From an uncultured Planctomycetota bacterium (GTDB taxonomy: Bacteria > Planctomycetota > Planctomycetia > Isosphaerales > Isosphaeraceae), in NCBI GenBank assembly GCA_963823665.1, contig CAWGMQ010000007.1, forward strand, positions 320,001 to 384,000: 64,000 nt of DNA, in the 5' to 3' direction. Position 1 is the first letter of the stretch. Every line of letters begins with the position of its first letter. The notes below the pieces were generated by a model. It worked only from the letters and a program-made list of their open reading frames with translations, was not told the origin of the DNA and made no database searches. Positions 52,177-63,428 of this stretch are shown one piece after another. The position numbers and the translations under genes were made by a program.

Positions 52177-52779
52177 GTGGAAAGTCTGAATAAGTCAGAC
52201 TTTCCAAGCCATGGAGCCGAAATAATGCACTTGGATGACGCGATCAACCTTTCCGACTTCCACTCCGCCGTGGATGACCCGCGCCTTCGTCGCGATCCCT
52301 ACGCCCTGACTGAGCTCTCGCGAGAGCTCGAGGAATTCGCCCGTCTGGCCGAAGAAGCTCAGATCAGCGCAAACTTTATCCGTCGTATCCGTTCGGCCGT
52401 ATATGATGGCTTTAGACGCCTCGACAATCTACCCAGGGATGACCCCTTTTGGGAGGGAACCAACCGCCGGCCCACGTTTTACAAGCTCCCCAGATTCTGT
52501 GCGAAGTTACTCGAAATGGACCACCGCGACTCCTCCGCTTTATGGACCAGAGCGGCGTGCGATTTGTTGAGTTGGCAGAATTCCGATCCCAAGCTCTGGC
52601 GTCAGCTTGTTAAGGTCGATGGCCTGGACGCCTCTTGGCCGATTCACGCGGCGCTATTCGGACATGTCTATTGGGCGTCGGATAATGTGGGTGACTTGGA
52701 GTCTCTGCTCGGCGACGCTGGGTTGTGTGACTCGGCCCAGACAGCACTGGAGTGGCTTCGTCAGCCGGATCAGCAATGA
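52177..52779 (+). CDS. Hypothetical protein (lower GC, possibly truncated)
   Basis: 200-aa ORF with protein-like composition; no motif recognised. Confidence 0.45.
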   Translation: MESLNKSDFPSHGAEIMHLDDAINLSDFHSAVDDPRLRRDPYALTELSRELEEFARLAEEAQISANFIRRIRSAVYDGFRRLDNLPRDDPFWEGTNRRPTFYKLPRFCAKLLEMDHRDSSALWTRAACDLLSWQNSDPKLWRQLVKVDGLDASWPIHAALFGHVYWASDNVGDLESLLGDAGLCDSAQTALEWLRQPDQQ

Positions 52780-52965
52780 ATCAGGAAATGGGCTATAAGG
52801 GTCGCCAATAGGGTGCCAGATCAGCGTATGGCCTGATCCTTAAACTGCCTGCTGAGGCGTGTGCGTTTTCTGATGCAGAAGCCGCGCTACTGAATCGCTG
52901 TCGGCTTAGCCCCGCTACGATCGCAAGCCCTTCGTGGGCTGACGCGGCATGATCACAAAAGCGCT

Positions 52966-55842
52966 TCACCCATGCGGCTTCTCGATCAAGACGTCGCCCA
53001 GGTCTAGCTCCTCGCCGGGCTTGACGGTGAAGTCCTTGCGGGCCTGGACACCCTTGTCGGGCACATCCGTGGTCGATGGGTCGATGATCCGATAAAGGGC
53101 GCCTGGAATGAGGTTGGGCAGAGTGAGGCGGCCATCGCTGTCGGCCGGCGGGAAATTCAGGTAGTGACGCTGATCCATGTTCACCATGTCGCCCGCGTCG
53201 GCCGCCAGCTTGCCGCGGTCTTCCTTCCGGCGAGAGTTCCGCGGTGGCCCGGGAGTGATGATCAGCTCGAAGTTGAATCCGAGTTCATACCCGGCAATCG
53301 GCCGGCCGTCAGGTCCGACGAATCTCGCTCGGGCGCGGCCGTTGGGCTTGAGCTCGATCAGCAGGTCCTCGCCTGCCTGCTTACCGGAGAGGTCGACCGT
53401 CGTTCCCCACTCATTGATGGCGTCGAAGAACATCACGTGCACCGTTTGTTCGGGATCAAGGCCGTGGAGCTCGAATCGTCCGTCGCGGGCAAAGATCGAA
53501 GGGGCGTTCCTCGCGGTCGGGTGAGCATCCTCGACCTCGAGCCGTGAGATGATCGCGGCCGACTCGACCGGCTGCCCGTCAGGGGCAACCACGCGGCCTC
53601 GTACCGTTTTGCCCGGCCGCAGCTCAGCGACGAGCTCCGGCGGCGAGTCTTCGATCTTGACGTCATACGTGATGATGTCGTGCGCATAGTATCGGTCGCC
53701 GCCGCGACGGCCGTACCAGAGCTCCGCCCGTCCAATCTCCTCAAGGACATAGTCCGGCGTGGGGCCGAAGACGAGCAGGTGCCCCTTCCCGGGCGGCACG
53801 GCGATCTGGAACGAGCCGTCGCTCTTGCTGTCAACGATGGCCTGCCAGCCGCTGATGATGTCGTCCGTGCGGGGGTTGGCGTGGAACTGCACGCTGGCGC
53901 CGGCCAGTGGCCGTCCAGTTCCATGCTCGACCACCTTGCCACGCAGCAAAACACCGCGCGGCAGCTTGATATCCATCGTCGTCTTGACAGCCCCCTTGTT
54001 CCACTCGAATCGACGGTCGGGGCTCAAGTACGGCTGGCCTTCGGGAGGATGCGCGCTGATGCTGTAATATTGGCCGGGCGATACGCTGGCCGTGAATCGG
54101 CCCGTTTGATCAGCCGGAAACCGATGGCCCCCACCGCCCCAGAACGGGTTGATGCTCGAGCCGACGCTGACGATCGCATGGGGAATCGGCGCGCCTGTGT
54201 CGGCCGCCAGCGCGCGGCCCTCGACGATCGTTGGGGGTTGGAGAACATGTCGGAGGTCCTTCAAGCGATCCGGATCAGTCGTGTCAACCTGGATCGTCTG
54301 GCCGGCGAACCGCTGGTCGCGGATATCGAGGTAAACCGTCATGTCGCGGCCGATTCCCGCGAGTGTGAAGCGGCCGTCGCTGCCGGTTTTGACCGCGCGC
54401 GGCCAGTTGTGAATCTCCTCGCCCGGGAAGGCGCCCATCCAATCGTCGCCGCGGCTCGGGTCGTGGCGCGTGAGGCTTTTGACGATCAACTCGACGTCGG
54501 CGGCCGGCGCGCCGTTCCAGTCGATGAGCTTGCCGTGGATGGGCACCTCGGCTCGCAATCGGATCTCGCCCGTGGGTTTGTCTGCGTCCGGATTGGGCCC
54601 GGCCCAAGCGAGGCCGTAGCCCGGCGCCGCGGCCACGGCCTGGACTTGAAGGAATCCGACCCGCGAAGTGCGCGCGGCATCGAAGCGGAACCGGCCGTCT
54701 GCGCCGGTCGTGCCGCGGCCGAGCAATGCGTACGGCGCGCGCCACTCGTTGCGTGCAACCGCCGGGCCGCGCCGCCGGCCCACGAGCTCGACCGGAACGC
54801 CGGCCATGGGCTTGCCGGCCGGATCGAGCACGCTGCCAGTCGTGGTCATCCGGCCGGGAGCGGGAGCCGGATGATCGGGCCTGTCTCGCGATGGCGACTG
54901 TTGCTCGATCGGCGTGATCACGGCCACTTTCCGCGCTGCGGGCGAGTGATTCCGGTGCACCGCACCGGTGGCGAAGGCGCCGAGAAGCAGCACCGAGAGC
55001 GCAGTGATGACCAGTTTATTCGCGAGCATGGATTTCAGTACGTCGTGCGCGAGGATTGCCACCGACGGCGCGACGGCCTGTCCGGCCGCGAAGCGAATCG
55101 CGGCTTTTGTGGTTGCATCGCACAGCGCCGGGGACACGGAAGCTCCGGCTGATCTTGCACTGAGAGCCGTGGCCATCGAGGCGGCCGGCAGCACCACGCC
55201 GCGGCGGGTGAGCCCCCGGCGCAGCTTTTCACGGGCACGGGACAGCCGGCTGCGGACGGTCCCGGCCGGCCATTGCAAGCGCCGGGCCGCCTCGTCGAGG
55301 GTGAGGTCTTCGAAGTAGCAGAGCACGACGGGTAGACGGAATGATTTTGGGAGACGGTCGATCTCGTCGTGCAGCGCGAGGGCGTCTTCGCGGGCGATCG
55401 CTGAATCCTCAGCCGATCTGATCGTCGGAACGACGAGAACGCGGGACTCCAAGCTTGGGCCGATCATCGAGTCGCTCTCCTCAATTCGGCGCAGGCGAGC
55501 GAGCCGGGCGTGGGCCTTTCGCGCCGTGCGGATCGCCACGCCGTAGAGCCAGGCGCCAAGGAGATCAGGGTAACGAAGGGAGATCGCTTTGCGGGCGAGC
55601 ACGAAGAAGACGGCCTGGAAGGCGTCTTCGGCGTGGTCGCGGTCTCCCAGAATCTGCCGGCAGACACGCAGGACCATCGGCCCGTGCCGGGCGACGAGCG
55701 CAGCGAACGCCGATTCGCGCATCGAGTCTCGCCGGTTATTGAACCGCTCCAACAATTGCCCGTCGGAGAGGCCGGCAATCGAGCCGCCCTCGAAGAGCGA
55801 CTCGATCTGCCGGATGATCGACCCCGTTTCCGCTCGCGTCAT
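52966..55842 (-). CDS. Planctomycete-type ECF sigma factor fused to TM + carboxypeptidase-regulatory-like repeats
   Basis: LSDGQLLERF...RHGPMVLRVCRQIL...AEDAFQAVF; region 4; repeated G.V....G.P..G..V and T..DGRF units. Confidence 0.92.
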   Translation of the reverse strand: MTRAETGSIIRQIESLFEGGSIAGLSDGQLLERFNNRRDSMRESAFAALVARHGPMVLRVCRQILGDRDHAEDAFQAVFFVLARKAISLRYPDLLGAWLYGVAIRTARKAHARLARLRRIEESDSMIGPSLESRVLVVPTIRSAEDSAIAREDALALHDEIDRLPKSFRLPVVLCYFEDLTLDEAARRLQWPAGTVRSRLSRAREKLRRGLTRRGVVLPAASMATALSARSAGASVSPALCDATTKAAIRFAAGQAVAPSVAILAHDVLKSMLANKLVITALSVLLLGAFATGAVHRNHSPAARKVAVITPIEQQSPSRDRPDHPAPAPGRMTTTGSVLDPAGKPMAGVPVELVGRRRGPAVARNEWRAPYALLGRGTTGADGRFRFDAARTSRVGFLQVQAVAAAPGYGLAWAGPNPDADKPTGEIRLRAEVPIHGKLIDWNGAPAADVELIVKSLTRHDPSRGDDWMGAFPGEEIHNWPRAVKTGSDGRFTLAGIGRDMTVYLDIRDQRFAGQTIQVDTTDPDRLKDLRHVLQPPTIVEGRALAADTGAPIPHAIVSVGSSINPFWGGGGHRFPADQTGRFTASVSPGQYYSISAHPPEGQPYLSPDRRFEWNKGAVKTTMDIKLPRGVLLRGKVVEHGTGRPLAGASVQFHANPRTDDIISGWQAIVDSKSDGSFQIAVPPGKGHLLVFGPTPDYVLEEIGRAELWYGRRGGDRYYAHDIITYDVKIEDSPPELVAELRPGKTVRGRVVAPDGQPVESAAIISRLEVEDAHPTARNAPSIFARDGRFELHGLDPEQTVHVMFFDAINEWGTTVDLSGKQAGEDLLIELKPNGRARARFVGPDGRPIAGYELGFNFELIITPGPPRNSRRKEDRGKLAADAGDMVNMDQRHYLNFPPADSDGRLTLPNLIPGALYRIIDPSTTDVPDKGVQARKDFTVKPGEELDLGDVLIEKPHG

Positions 55843-56042
55843 GCCGATGGGCTCCGCTGGAGCAATCTTGGTTTTCGCCCAGTCCCTCAACAGGTACTGC
55901 CCGGCCGCCGTTCATTTTATCCCCTGTTGGCTTTTTATGTTGAACTCTGTCCGTCATGCCGAAGCGATGGCTCGTGCGCACGCTACAGATCGGCGATAAT
56001 CCAAACTCCGAACACCCTGGACACGTCAACGTGAGCGGGACG

Positions 56043-56873
56043 ATGGATCACGGCGAACAACCGATCCCGACAGGTACCTGGATTCAGATGAATCTTCCCG
56101 GGTTCCCGACCTTCATCGGGTTTACGTATGTCGACGCGGAAGCAGGGCTATCGGCGAAAGGAGGGCCTCGAGACGATTCGAACTTGGCGGAAATGCCGAG
56201 TATGACCGTTCGATTGCCAATGCCGGGCGTAGCGTCGAAAGCCCTGTCCCCGGAGGAGGTCGAGGGTCTTCGTCTACCCAAAATGCCCACGTGGGTGGAA
56301 GAGTTTTATGGTCCGCAGCCCAAACCTGGCACTGAGTGGGGAGTGTGGCGTCGGCATCCCAGCCTCCGCGGGCGGTTTCACCTGGAATCTCCGGACGACT
56401 TGCAGGTCGTCGTGCATGACGGCGGCCCGCGCATGTCAGAACACCCGCCCGAGCTGGTCTGGGTTCGAGTAACCGGCGTGGTCGGCGAAGTGTTCTACAG
56501 CCGGTTGTTGAACCAGCCGCATAACCTGAAGTCCGTGCGTCTGGGAGACACGATTCAATTCCTCGTGCCCACCGGCGGCAAGCATCCCTTGATGGTAACG
56601 GAGAAGTATCTTCGGGAACGCGCGAATTGGGTCGTGCACCCGTGCCGCAAATGCGGGCTATCCGAGTTATTCGATGCCCCTTCCGATCTGATCAGCAAGA
56701 TTTTCCCGGACATTCCCGCCGATGCGAAGCTGGGCACGTTCACGACATTTTGTCCGCTCTGTGGCGGAGTTCAGGGAGCAGAGCTGCACGGCTTTGGCCG
56801 CGAAGACGGAGCGCCCACGCCCACGCGCGAGCCGGAGACGTCAGAGAAAAAGTGGTGGCAGTTCTGGAAGTGA
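56043..56873 (+). CDS. Hypothetical protein: DUF2314-like domain, CxxC...CxxC ribbon, C-terminal KKWWQFWK
   Basis: ELVWVRV...LLNQPHNLKSVRLGDTIQF; CRKC and CPLC; terminal motif seen directly. Confidence 0.7.
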   Translation: MDHGEQPIPTGTWIQMNLPGFPTFIGFTYVDAEAGLSAKGGPRDDSNLAEMPSMTVRLPMPGVASKALSPEEVEGLRLPKMPTWVEEFYGPQPKPGTEWGVWRRHPSLRGRFHLESPDDLQVVVHDGGPRMSEHPPELVWVRVTGVVGEVFYSRLLNQPHNLKSVRLGDTIQFLVPTGGKHPLMVTEKYLRERANWVVHPCRKCGLSELFDAPSDLISKIFPDIPADAKLGTFTTFCPLCGGVQGAELHGFGREDGAPTPTREPETSEKKWWQFWK

Positions 56874-57030
56874 GATCGAGTGTTGTTTGGATCCCGTGCA
56901 TTCCCATCTTTGCGCAAACTCAGTAGAATCGCCTCCGGATTCGCGTGACCCTAGCTCGGAGCCGAAACCAGATCACGCGAGCAATGCAGAAGGCACGACG
57001 CTCGCAGTTCGATCGGGAGAAGGAGTTCCC

Positions 57031-59357
57031 ATGCACTCGACTCGCACCGGACGCCGTTTCGCCCCTTCGCATCGTTTCCCTTCCGCGCTCTGCGGCCTGA
57101 TCGCGATCGTTTGTTTGGCGATCGGGCCTGCGGCATCGGCGCAACTGCCGTCGCCCCACCGCTCCATTCCTGCGAAGGGACTTGTGGCGTATCTTGAATT
57201 CGATGGCTTGCGGGATCATGCCGAAGCCTGGAAGAAGACCGCGGCTTTCGCGCTACTTGCCGACACGCCCGCTGGCTCGATGATCTCCGAAGTGGCTCGA
57301 CAGGTTCTCGACGAGCTTTTGAAATTGAACGCTGGCGGCAAGCTGACTGGTGCCGATCTGCTCGCGCTCCACGAGCACCTCATGCAGCACGGCGTCGTGA
57401 TTGCCCTTCATGAATGCGGCAACGAGTCGTATTCAACGACGATCATTCTGAAAAACGCCCGCGACGGGGCCATTCGCAAGCCCCTTGATCGCCTGGCGGA
57501 ATGGATCCTGAGCGGTCAGGCAGGCAACAAGCGACCAACCGCCATCAAGCTGCGAGGCCGCGACGTGTACGGGCGGCTTCCCAAAGCGCCTCAACGCGAC
57601 CGTGACGGATTTCCCGCGCTCGGCCGCGGGGAAGCAGAGTCAGCGCCCGTTCTCAATTGCCAGTCAGCGTGGTACGAAGGCGGCGATCTGGTGCTGATCA
57701 TAGGTCCGGACGCCGTCTGGGCTGATCTGATCGATGCCGATAAGGAAAAGGAGCTCGGCTCGGCGCATCTGAAGCACAGGGCAGCCGTCCTCGATACGAT
57801 CGAAGGGAAGCAGCCAAACGTCACGACCCATGCCGCGTTTATTTCTACCCTTGCAGAAGGAAAGGATGTCAAAGGGTTCGAGCCCGACGGGCTGTTCTTC
57901 GCAGATGCGGGCACCGCGGTGCGATTGTTGGCGGAAGATTCCGAGCAGTCATATCTACGTCGGTCGGAACGGATGAGAGCAGAGATCGCAGCGGTGTACG
58001 CGAAGCGTGAACCTCAAAGAAGTGTGCCTGCTCCGAGCCTCGACGGGCTCGTGCCGTCGCAGCCCGCGCCGTTCGCACCCGGCAATGTCCCGAGCATCGA
58101 TCGCCCCGCGCCGCCGCAAGCCGCGCCGGTCGCGCCCGCCGATACACCGAGCAATCCACTCGCCGATCTTGGACTGAGCGGTGTCAATCGCATCGCCGGC
58201 CGCTGGGGCGTGCAGGGTAAGGCGCTTTTCACAGTCTTGCGGATCGACGCACCCTCGCCGCGCAAGGGGTTTGTCCGCATCATCGACCAGCCACTGTTCG
58301 TCAAGGACCAGCTCCCGCCCATCCCACGCGACTCGACAACGTTTGCCGTTGCGTCGGTGGATGCGGCGCGCGCCTACGAGACACTCGTGAGCGGGCTCAA
58401 GACACGGAACCCCGAGCTCCTCGAGCAGTTCACTCAGCTCGAAAAGTCAGTCGAGCGGACCGCCGGTCTCAAGCTCCGCGAAGATCTGCTGAAACGACTG
58501 GGTCCAACGTGGACGTTGTTCCGAATAACTCCGGCGCAAGGCCAGAACGCGGCGGAAAAGCCCGAGTTCAACCCGACTGACTATGCCCTTCTCGCCCGGG
58601 TCGATGATCCGGCGGCCTTTGACAAAGTGCTCGATGGCGTCGCTGCGCGTATCAGTCAGTACTTCCGAGAAGCGTACAAGGTGCCCGGCGGCCAGGAGGA
58701 TGATCCCCCGATCCTGGCGCTCGAGCGCCTGCCCGCCCCGGATCGCGGATTTCAATTGACCTCGCCCTCAAAGCTGGTGACGTGGTTGAGCGAAGACCGG
58801 CCCACCATCTTGGTGGGCAAGGCGTTTGTGAGCTGCGCTCTGGGCCTGGAACCGGCGCGACAGGCTCTCGCTGGCGAATCAAAGTTGGAGCTAGCTTGGA
58901 AGCCGCAAGGCGAGCTCCGCGAAGCCGTCGAGTGCTTGCCGGAACGGCTGATGTTTCTGGCCGTCGTCGATGATCGCGATTCGCCCTTGCCCGAGCAAAT
59001 CGCCGGCCTTCCTGCGCTGCGCAGCGGCTTGCATCGATCGCCGGACTGGAGATGCAACCCGACGGCACGTCGGCCTCGTCGGTGCTCTCCATCCTGGGAA
59101 TTCCGCGCCCAGGTGCGTTCTGCGTGCGGTTGCATCCCTCAAAACTGCCGACGGCCGAGCAACTACGCCCGCACCTCTTTCCCAGCGTGGTCGCCGCCAC
59201 GGTCGATGACCGCGGACTGCGCGTGTTCACGCGCGAGGCGCTTCCCTTTGTGGGCCTGGGAGATGCGACGAGTTTGAAATCGACCATCTCCTGGGACGGT
59301 AGCAAAGGCTTCAAACGAACCGTCAAGTTCTCGTTCAATCTCGGTTTGACGAAGTAA
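57031..59357 (+). CDS. Large secreted hypothetical protein, frameshift near 59015-59060
   Basis: Signal peptide ending AASA; YLEFDGLRDHAEAWKKTAA; C-terminus continues in ORF 59052..59357. Confidence 0.7.
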
Positions 59358-59392
59358 CCGCGCGGTGGCAATCCACGACGACGCTCATTGTC

Positions 59393-59421
59393 GCCCCTCG
59401 CTCCGCGAGGGGGCATTTTTT
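59393..59421 (+). terminator. Intrinsic terminator
   Basis: GCCCCTCGC-TCC-GCGAGGGGGC hairpin followed by ATTTTTT, about 35 nt after the stop at 59357. Confidence 0.7.
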
Positions 59422-59558
59422 CCGCAATCGCCGAAGACCGCCTGTAATGCATCCCCGCACCGCCCAAAGGGCGCCTGGACGCACCACCCCTCTTGGGTTA
59501 GACTTTGCCGTAGAGCGATTGTTGATTAAAAGTTGAACAATTGCGGCTCGGGGGCGGA

Positions 59559-60966
59559 ATGGCAAAAGGCGATCGCGCTCGAACACCTTCGTCGTGCTTG
59601 CAATTCCGGCGGTCGGGAATCTCCCGGCGCACGACGCTACGGGCCGGTGCGATCGGGCTTGCAGGTCTGGGTTTGCCGGGTCTGTTGCGGGCGCGCGAGG
59701 TAGCACGAGGGTCTGGCACCGCGGGGTTTGGTCGAGCCCGTTCGTGCATCATGATCTTCATGTGGGGCGGCCCGAGCCATCTCGATACCTGGGACCCGAA
59801 GCCAGCAGCGCCCGAGGATATTCGTGGTCCGTTCCGGCCGATATCCACGACGATCCCCGGCATTTCGATCAGCGAGCATTTCCCGATGCTGGCGGCCCAA
59901 GTGCACCGGCTGGCGATCGTGCGTGCGATGAGCCACGACGATGCGGCGCACCTTTCAACCGCGCATCGGGTGCTCACCGGCCATCTTGCCCCGACGCCGT
60001 TTTCGGATGCCGCCGGTCCGTCGCCGCGAGACTGGCCGCATCTCGGCGCGATCGTCTCGCGGCTTCGCCCGACTGGCGGCGCGGTACCGAGCGCCGTCAA
60101 CATGCCGTGGACCGTGATGCATCCTGCGGCGCCCGGCGGCAAGGCGCCGGGGCAGGATGGCGGCTGGCTGGGCAAGGCGTTTGATCCGTTTCACGTCGAT
60201 GGCGACCCTAATGCGGCTGGATTCGAGGTGCAGGGGCTGGGGCTGCCGGTGGGAATCTCGCCGGAACGCTTCACGGGCCGGCGATCACTGTTCGAACGGC
60301 TGGCTGCACTTGCTCGTGGTGCGGAGACGTCGCCGCAATCGTGGGACCGCCATCAGCAGCGTGCGCTCGATGCGCTCGTTTCGTCCGAGGCACGCGGCGC
60401 GTTTGAAATCGCACGTGAGGACCCGAAGCTCCGCGACCGCTATGGCCGCCACATCCATGGGCAGTGCCTCTTGCTCGCCCGCAGGTTGGTCGAGGCCGGT
60501 GTGGGCCTGGTCACCGTGAACTGGCACAACGACGGCAACTTCTTCTGGGATACGCACGGCAATAATTTCAATCAGCTCGAGCACCGCCTGATGCCGCCGG
60601 CGGACCGAGGCTTCGCGGCGTTGCTCGAGGATCTTGATGTTCGTGGGTTGCTCGACGAGACGCTGGTCGTCTGGGTTGGCGAGTTCGGCCGCACGCCGCG
60701 CATCAACCGGGCCAACAGCGGCCGCGAGCACTGGCCGCACTGTTATTCGGCCATCCTGGCCGGAGCCGGGGTGCGCGGAGGCGCCGCTGTATGGCGCATC
60801 GGACCGCTGGGCCGCCTATCCGGCGAGCGACCCGGTCACTCCCGATGATCTGGGAGCGACGATTTTGCACGCGCTGGGCGTGGACCCGGCCACGCACGTT
60901 GCGGACGCCATCGGGCGGCCGCTCTTGATCAACGAAGGAACGCCGCTTGTGCCCTTGTTCGGCTAA
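59559..60966 (+). CDS. DUF1501 family protein, frameshift near 60785
   Basis: SRRTTL Tat-like leader; IFMWGGPSHLDTWDPKP, WDTH, GEFGRTP, GREHW; C-terminus YGASD...PVTPDDLGATILHALGVDP in ORF 60634..60966. Confidence 0.92.
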
Positions 60967-61147
60967 GGGAGCCGAGGTCAGTCGACCCTATGGAATTCAT
61001 TGCTCGAATCGGTTCATCGGGACCGCGGCTCGACATTCCGCGAGCGCCCGTTCAAATAGCAAGAGCAGACCTTCGATCTGGTCGTTGCGCACGACGGCAA
61101 GAGACCAGCGACTCGCGAACGGACGTCCGGGAGAGGAACGCAAGTCA

Positions 61148-63134
61148 GTGCCGGTGCGCCGTCTGGTGTTGAGCTATGCGATCGCCGCGTCCGGCGTGGT
61201 GCTGGCCGGGCTCTCGCCCTGGTGGTTGGCTCCGCTTCTGGGTGACACGCCGCCGGTGCGGCTTCTGCTCGTGCTCGTGGTGATGGCCTCGGCGTCGATC
61301 GGCGGGCTGTGGCCGGGGCTATTCGCGACCGTGCTGGGCGTGCTTGCGATCGTCGCGGCGAACGACGCGCCGGGAGATCTGGCAAGTCTGGTGACGAGGA
61401 CCGTTCGATTCGGGTCGCTGGCGCTTCTGCTCACCGGGCTGTTCGCCGGGATTCATGCTCTTCGCCGTCGTGCCCAGTTGAAGGAACAGGATTTGCGCCG
61501 GAGCGAGCGCCGCTATCGGCGCCTGGTCGAGACAGCAGGCGAAGGCATCTGGGTCCTGGAGCCGGACGGTTTGACGAGCTATGCAAACCCGCGCCTGGGC
61601 GAGATGCTCGGCATGTCCCCGGAAGACTTGATCGGCCGGCCCTTGAGCGAGTTTCTCGCGGACAGCGCAGGCGCGCCGGATAGCTGGTCAGAGATCGCCG
61701 CTGGCGCGACGGCTCGAGAGCTTCGAGCTTCGCGCCTGCGACGGCGCGGTGCGGAACGTCGTCGTGACGGCGCGGCAGATCGGGCAGGACGAGCTGCCCG
61801 GGGACGGCTCAAGCGTGACGGAGGGTTTGCCGGGCGGAATTCTGCTGATGGTGACGGACGTCACCGAGCGGAAGCGGGCCGAAGAAGAGCTGCGCAGTGC
61901 CAAGGAAGTGGCCGAGGCGGCGTGCCAGGCCAGGGACCGATTTCTGGCGGTGCTCAGCCACGAGCTGCGCACGCCGCTGACGCCCGTGCTCTTCGGCGTC
62001 TCGTCCCTGCTCGAGTCGAATCCCGGCCCGGAGCTGCGCTCGACGCTGGAAATGATCCGCCGGAACATCGAGCTGGAAGCACGCTTGGTCGACGATTTGC
62101 TCGACCTGTCGCGGTTCAGCCGTGGACGGATGCGGCTGGAATACGAGATCATCGAGGTTCACGAGACCATCAAGCGTGCTATCGAGATTTGCCGCGACGA
62201 GACCTTCCTTGCGGGCCTGGAGGTGGTTACCGAGCTCACCGCGGCCCATCACCATGTGCACGCGGACGATGCGCGGCTGTTGCAGATCTTCTGGAACTTG
62301 ATCAGGAACGCCGTGAAGTTCACGCCCGCCAACGGCCGGCTCACCATCCGCAGCACGAACGTGCGGGCGAGGGTCGGAGATCGGGGGGAGACATCGCCTG
62401 AGCGGATCGCCGTCGAGTTCGCGGATACCGGGATTGGTATCGAGGAAACTGTTCTACCGCGAATCTTCGAGGCTTTTGAGCAGTATCACAACGACCTGCG
62501 CAGCCGGTCGGGCGGACTCGGCTTGGGACTGGCGATCAGCCGTTCGCTCGCCGAGGCCTTCGGTGGGCGGCTGACGGCGTCGAGCCCCGGCCGCGGCCGC
62601 GGCTCGACCTTTCGCCTCGAGCTGGACACCGCGCCGGCTCCGGCGGCGCGGGCACCGGAGCGATCAGCGCCGGTATCAACCGGCTCGCGATCCGATCCGA
62701 TCGGTGTGTCCGGCCTGCGAATCCTGGTGGTCGACGACAACGCCGATACGTTGCGGTACCTCTCGACGGTCCTGAAGCGTCGCGGCCACGAAGTCGTCAC
62801 GGCGGACTGCGTCGCCGCCGCCCGTGCCGCGGTGAACGAGGCGCGGGCGCCGTTCGACCTGCTGCTCTCCGATATCGAACTGCCCGATGGCGACGGAATG
62901 AATTTGATGCGTGAGCTGAGCGCCGGCGGGCGAATTCCCGGCATCGCCGTGAGCGGCTTTGGCGCCGAAGAAGACCGCCGGCTCAGTCGCGAAGCCGGCT
63001 TCGTCGAGCATCTGACCAAGCCCGTGGACATGGGCTCGCTCGACGCCGCCATCAAGCGGGCGATCCAGCGTGCGCGTGCCGAGCATCCGGATGGGGCGCA
63101 ACAGGCCGGTGGCGAGCGGAACGGCTCGGGCTAG
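61148..63134 (+). CDS. Hybrid sensor histidine kinase (TM sensor, PAS, HisKA, HATPase, receiver), frameshift near 61720-61750
   Basis: YRRLVETAGEGIW PAS; LSHELRTPL; NLIRNAVKFT, DTGIGI, GLGLGL; ILVVDD...LLSDIELPDGDG...HLTKP. Confidence 0.92.
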
Positions 63135-63418
63135 TGCTGCGAAAATCTTCGTTTGGCGAGTCGGCCGCCTGGAGACCGACGGTCGGTGAGGAGGGCGGGG
63201 TCAGGAGACCCGCGCCCAACCAACCACACGGCGACTGAATGCCCGGCGTGCCGCGTTTTGCTCGTCTTCATCTCATGAACAATCGCTGCGAAGCCGGCTG
63301 AGCAAAGAATGATTGACAGCCAGTCGCGGTCCTCGCGCAGGAGTGCGGGGACGACTCCGCAGAGGATGACAAACTTGATCAAGTGCCGGATTGTGAACTG
63401 AAATCTCGCGTTCGCCAT
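63131..63418 (-). CDS. Small membrane protein whose frame runs into a REP-like element
   Basis: MANARFQFTIRHLIKFVILCG leader typical of planctomycete small membrane proteins; two hydrophobic segments. Confidence 0.5.
   Translation of the reverse strand: MANARFQFTIRHLIKFVILCGVVPALLREDRDWLSIILCSAGFAAIVHEMKTSKTRHAGHSVAVWLVGRGSPDPALLTDRRSPGGRLAKRRFSQH
63168..63222. repeat. REP-like element
   Basis: GGAGACC repeated within ggagaccgacggtcggtgaggagggcggggtcaggagacccgcgcccaac, between convergent genes; translates as GRGSPDPA on the minus strand. Confidence 0.45.
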
Positions 63419-63428
63419 ATTCGCCGTA

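Noticed and set aside
53680..55152. 490-aa plus-strand ORF and similar long antisense ORFs (e.g. 14269..15309, 22593..23639)
   Set aside because: Shadow ORFs opposite well-supported genes, expected in high-GC DNA; no motifs
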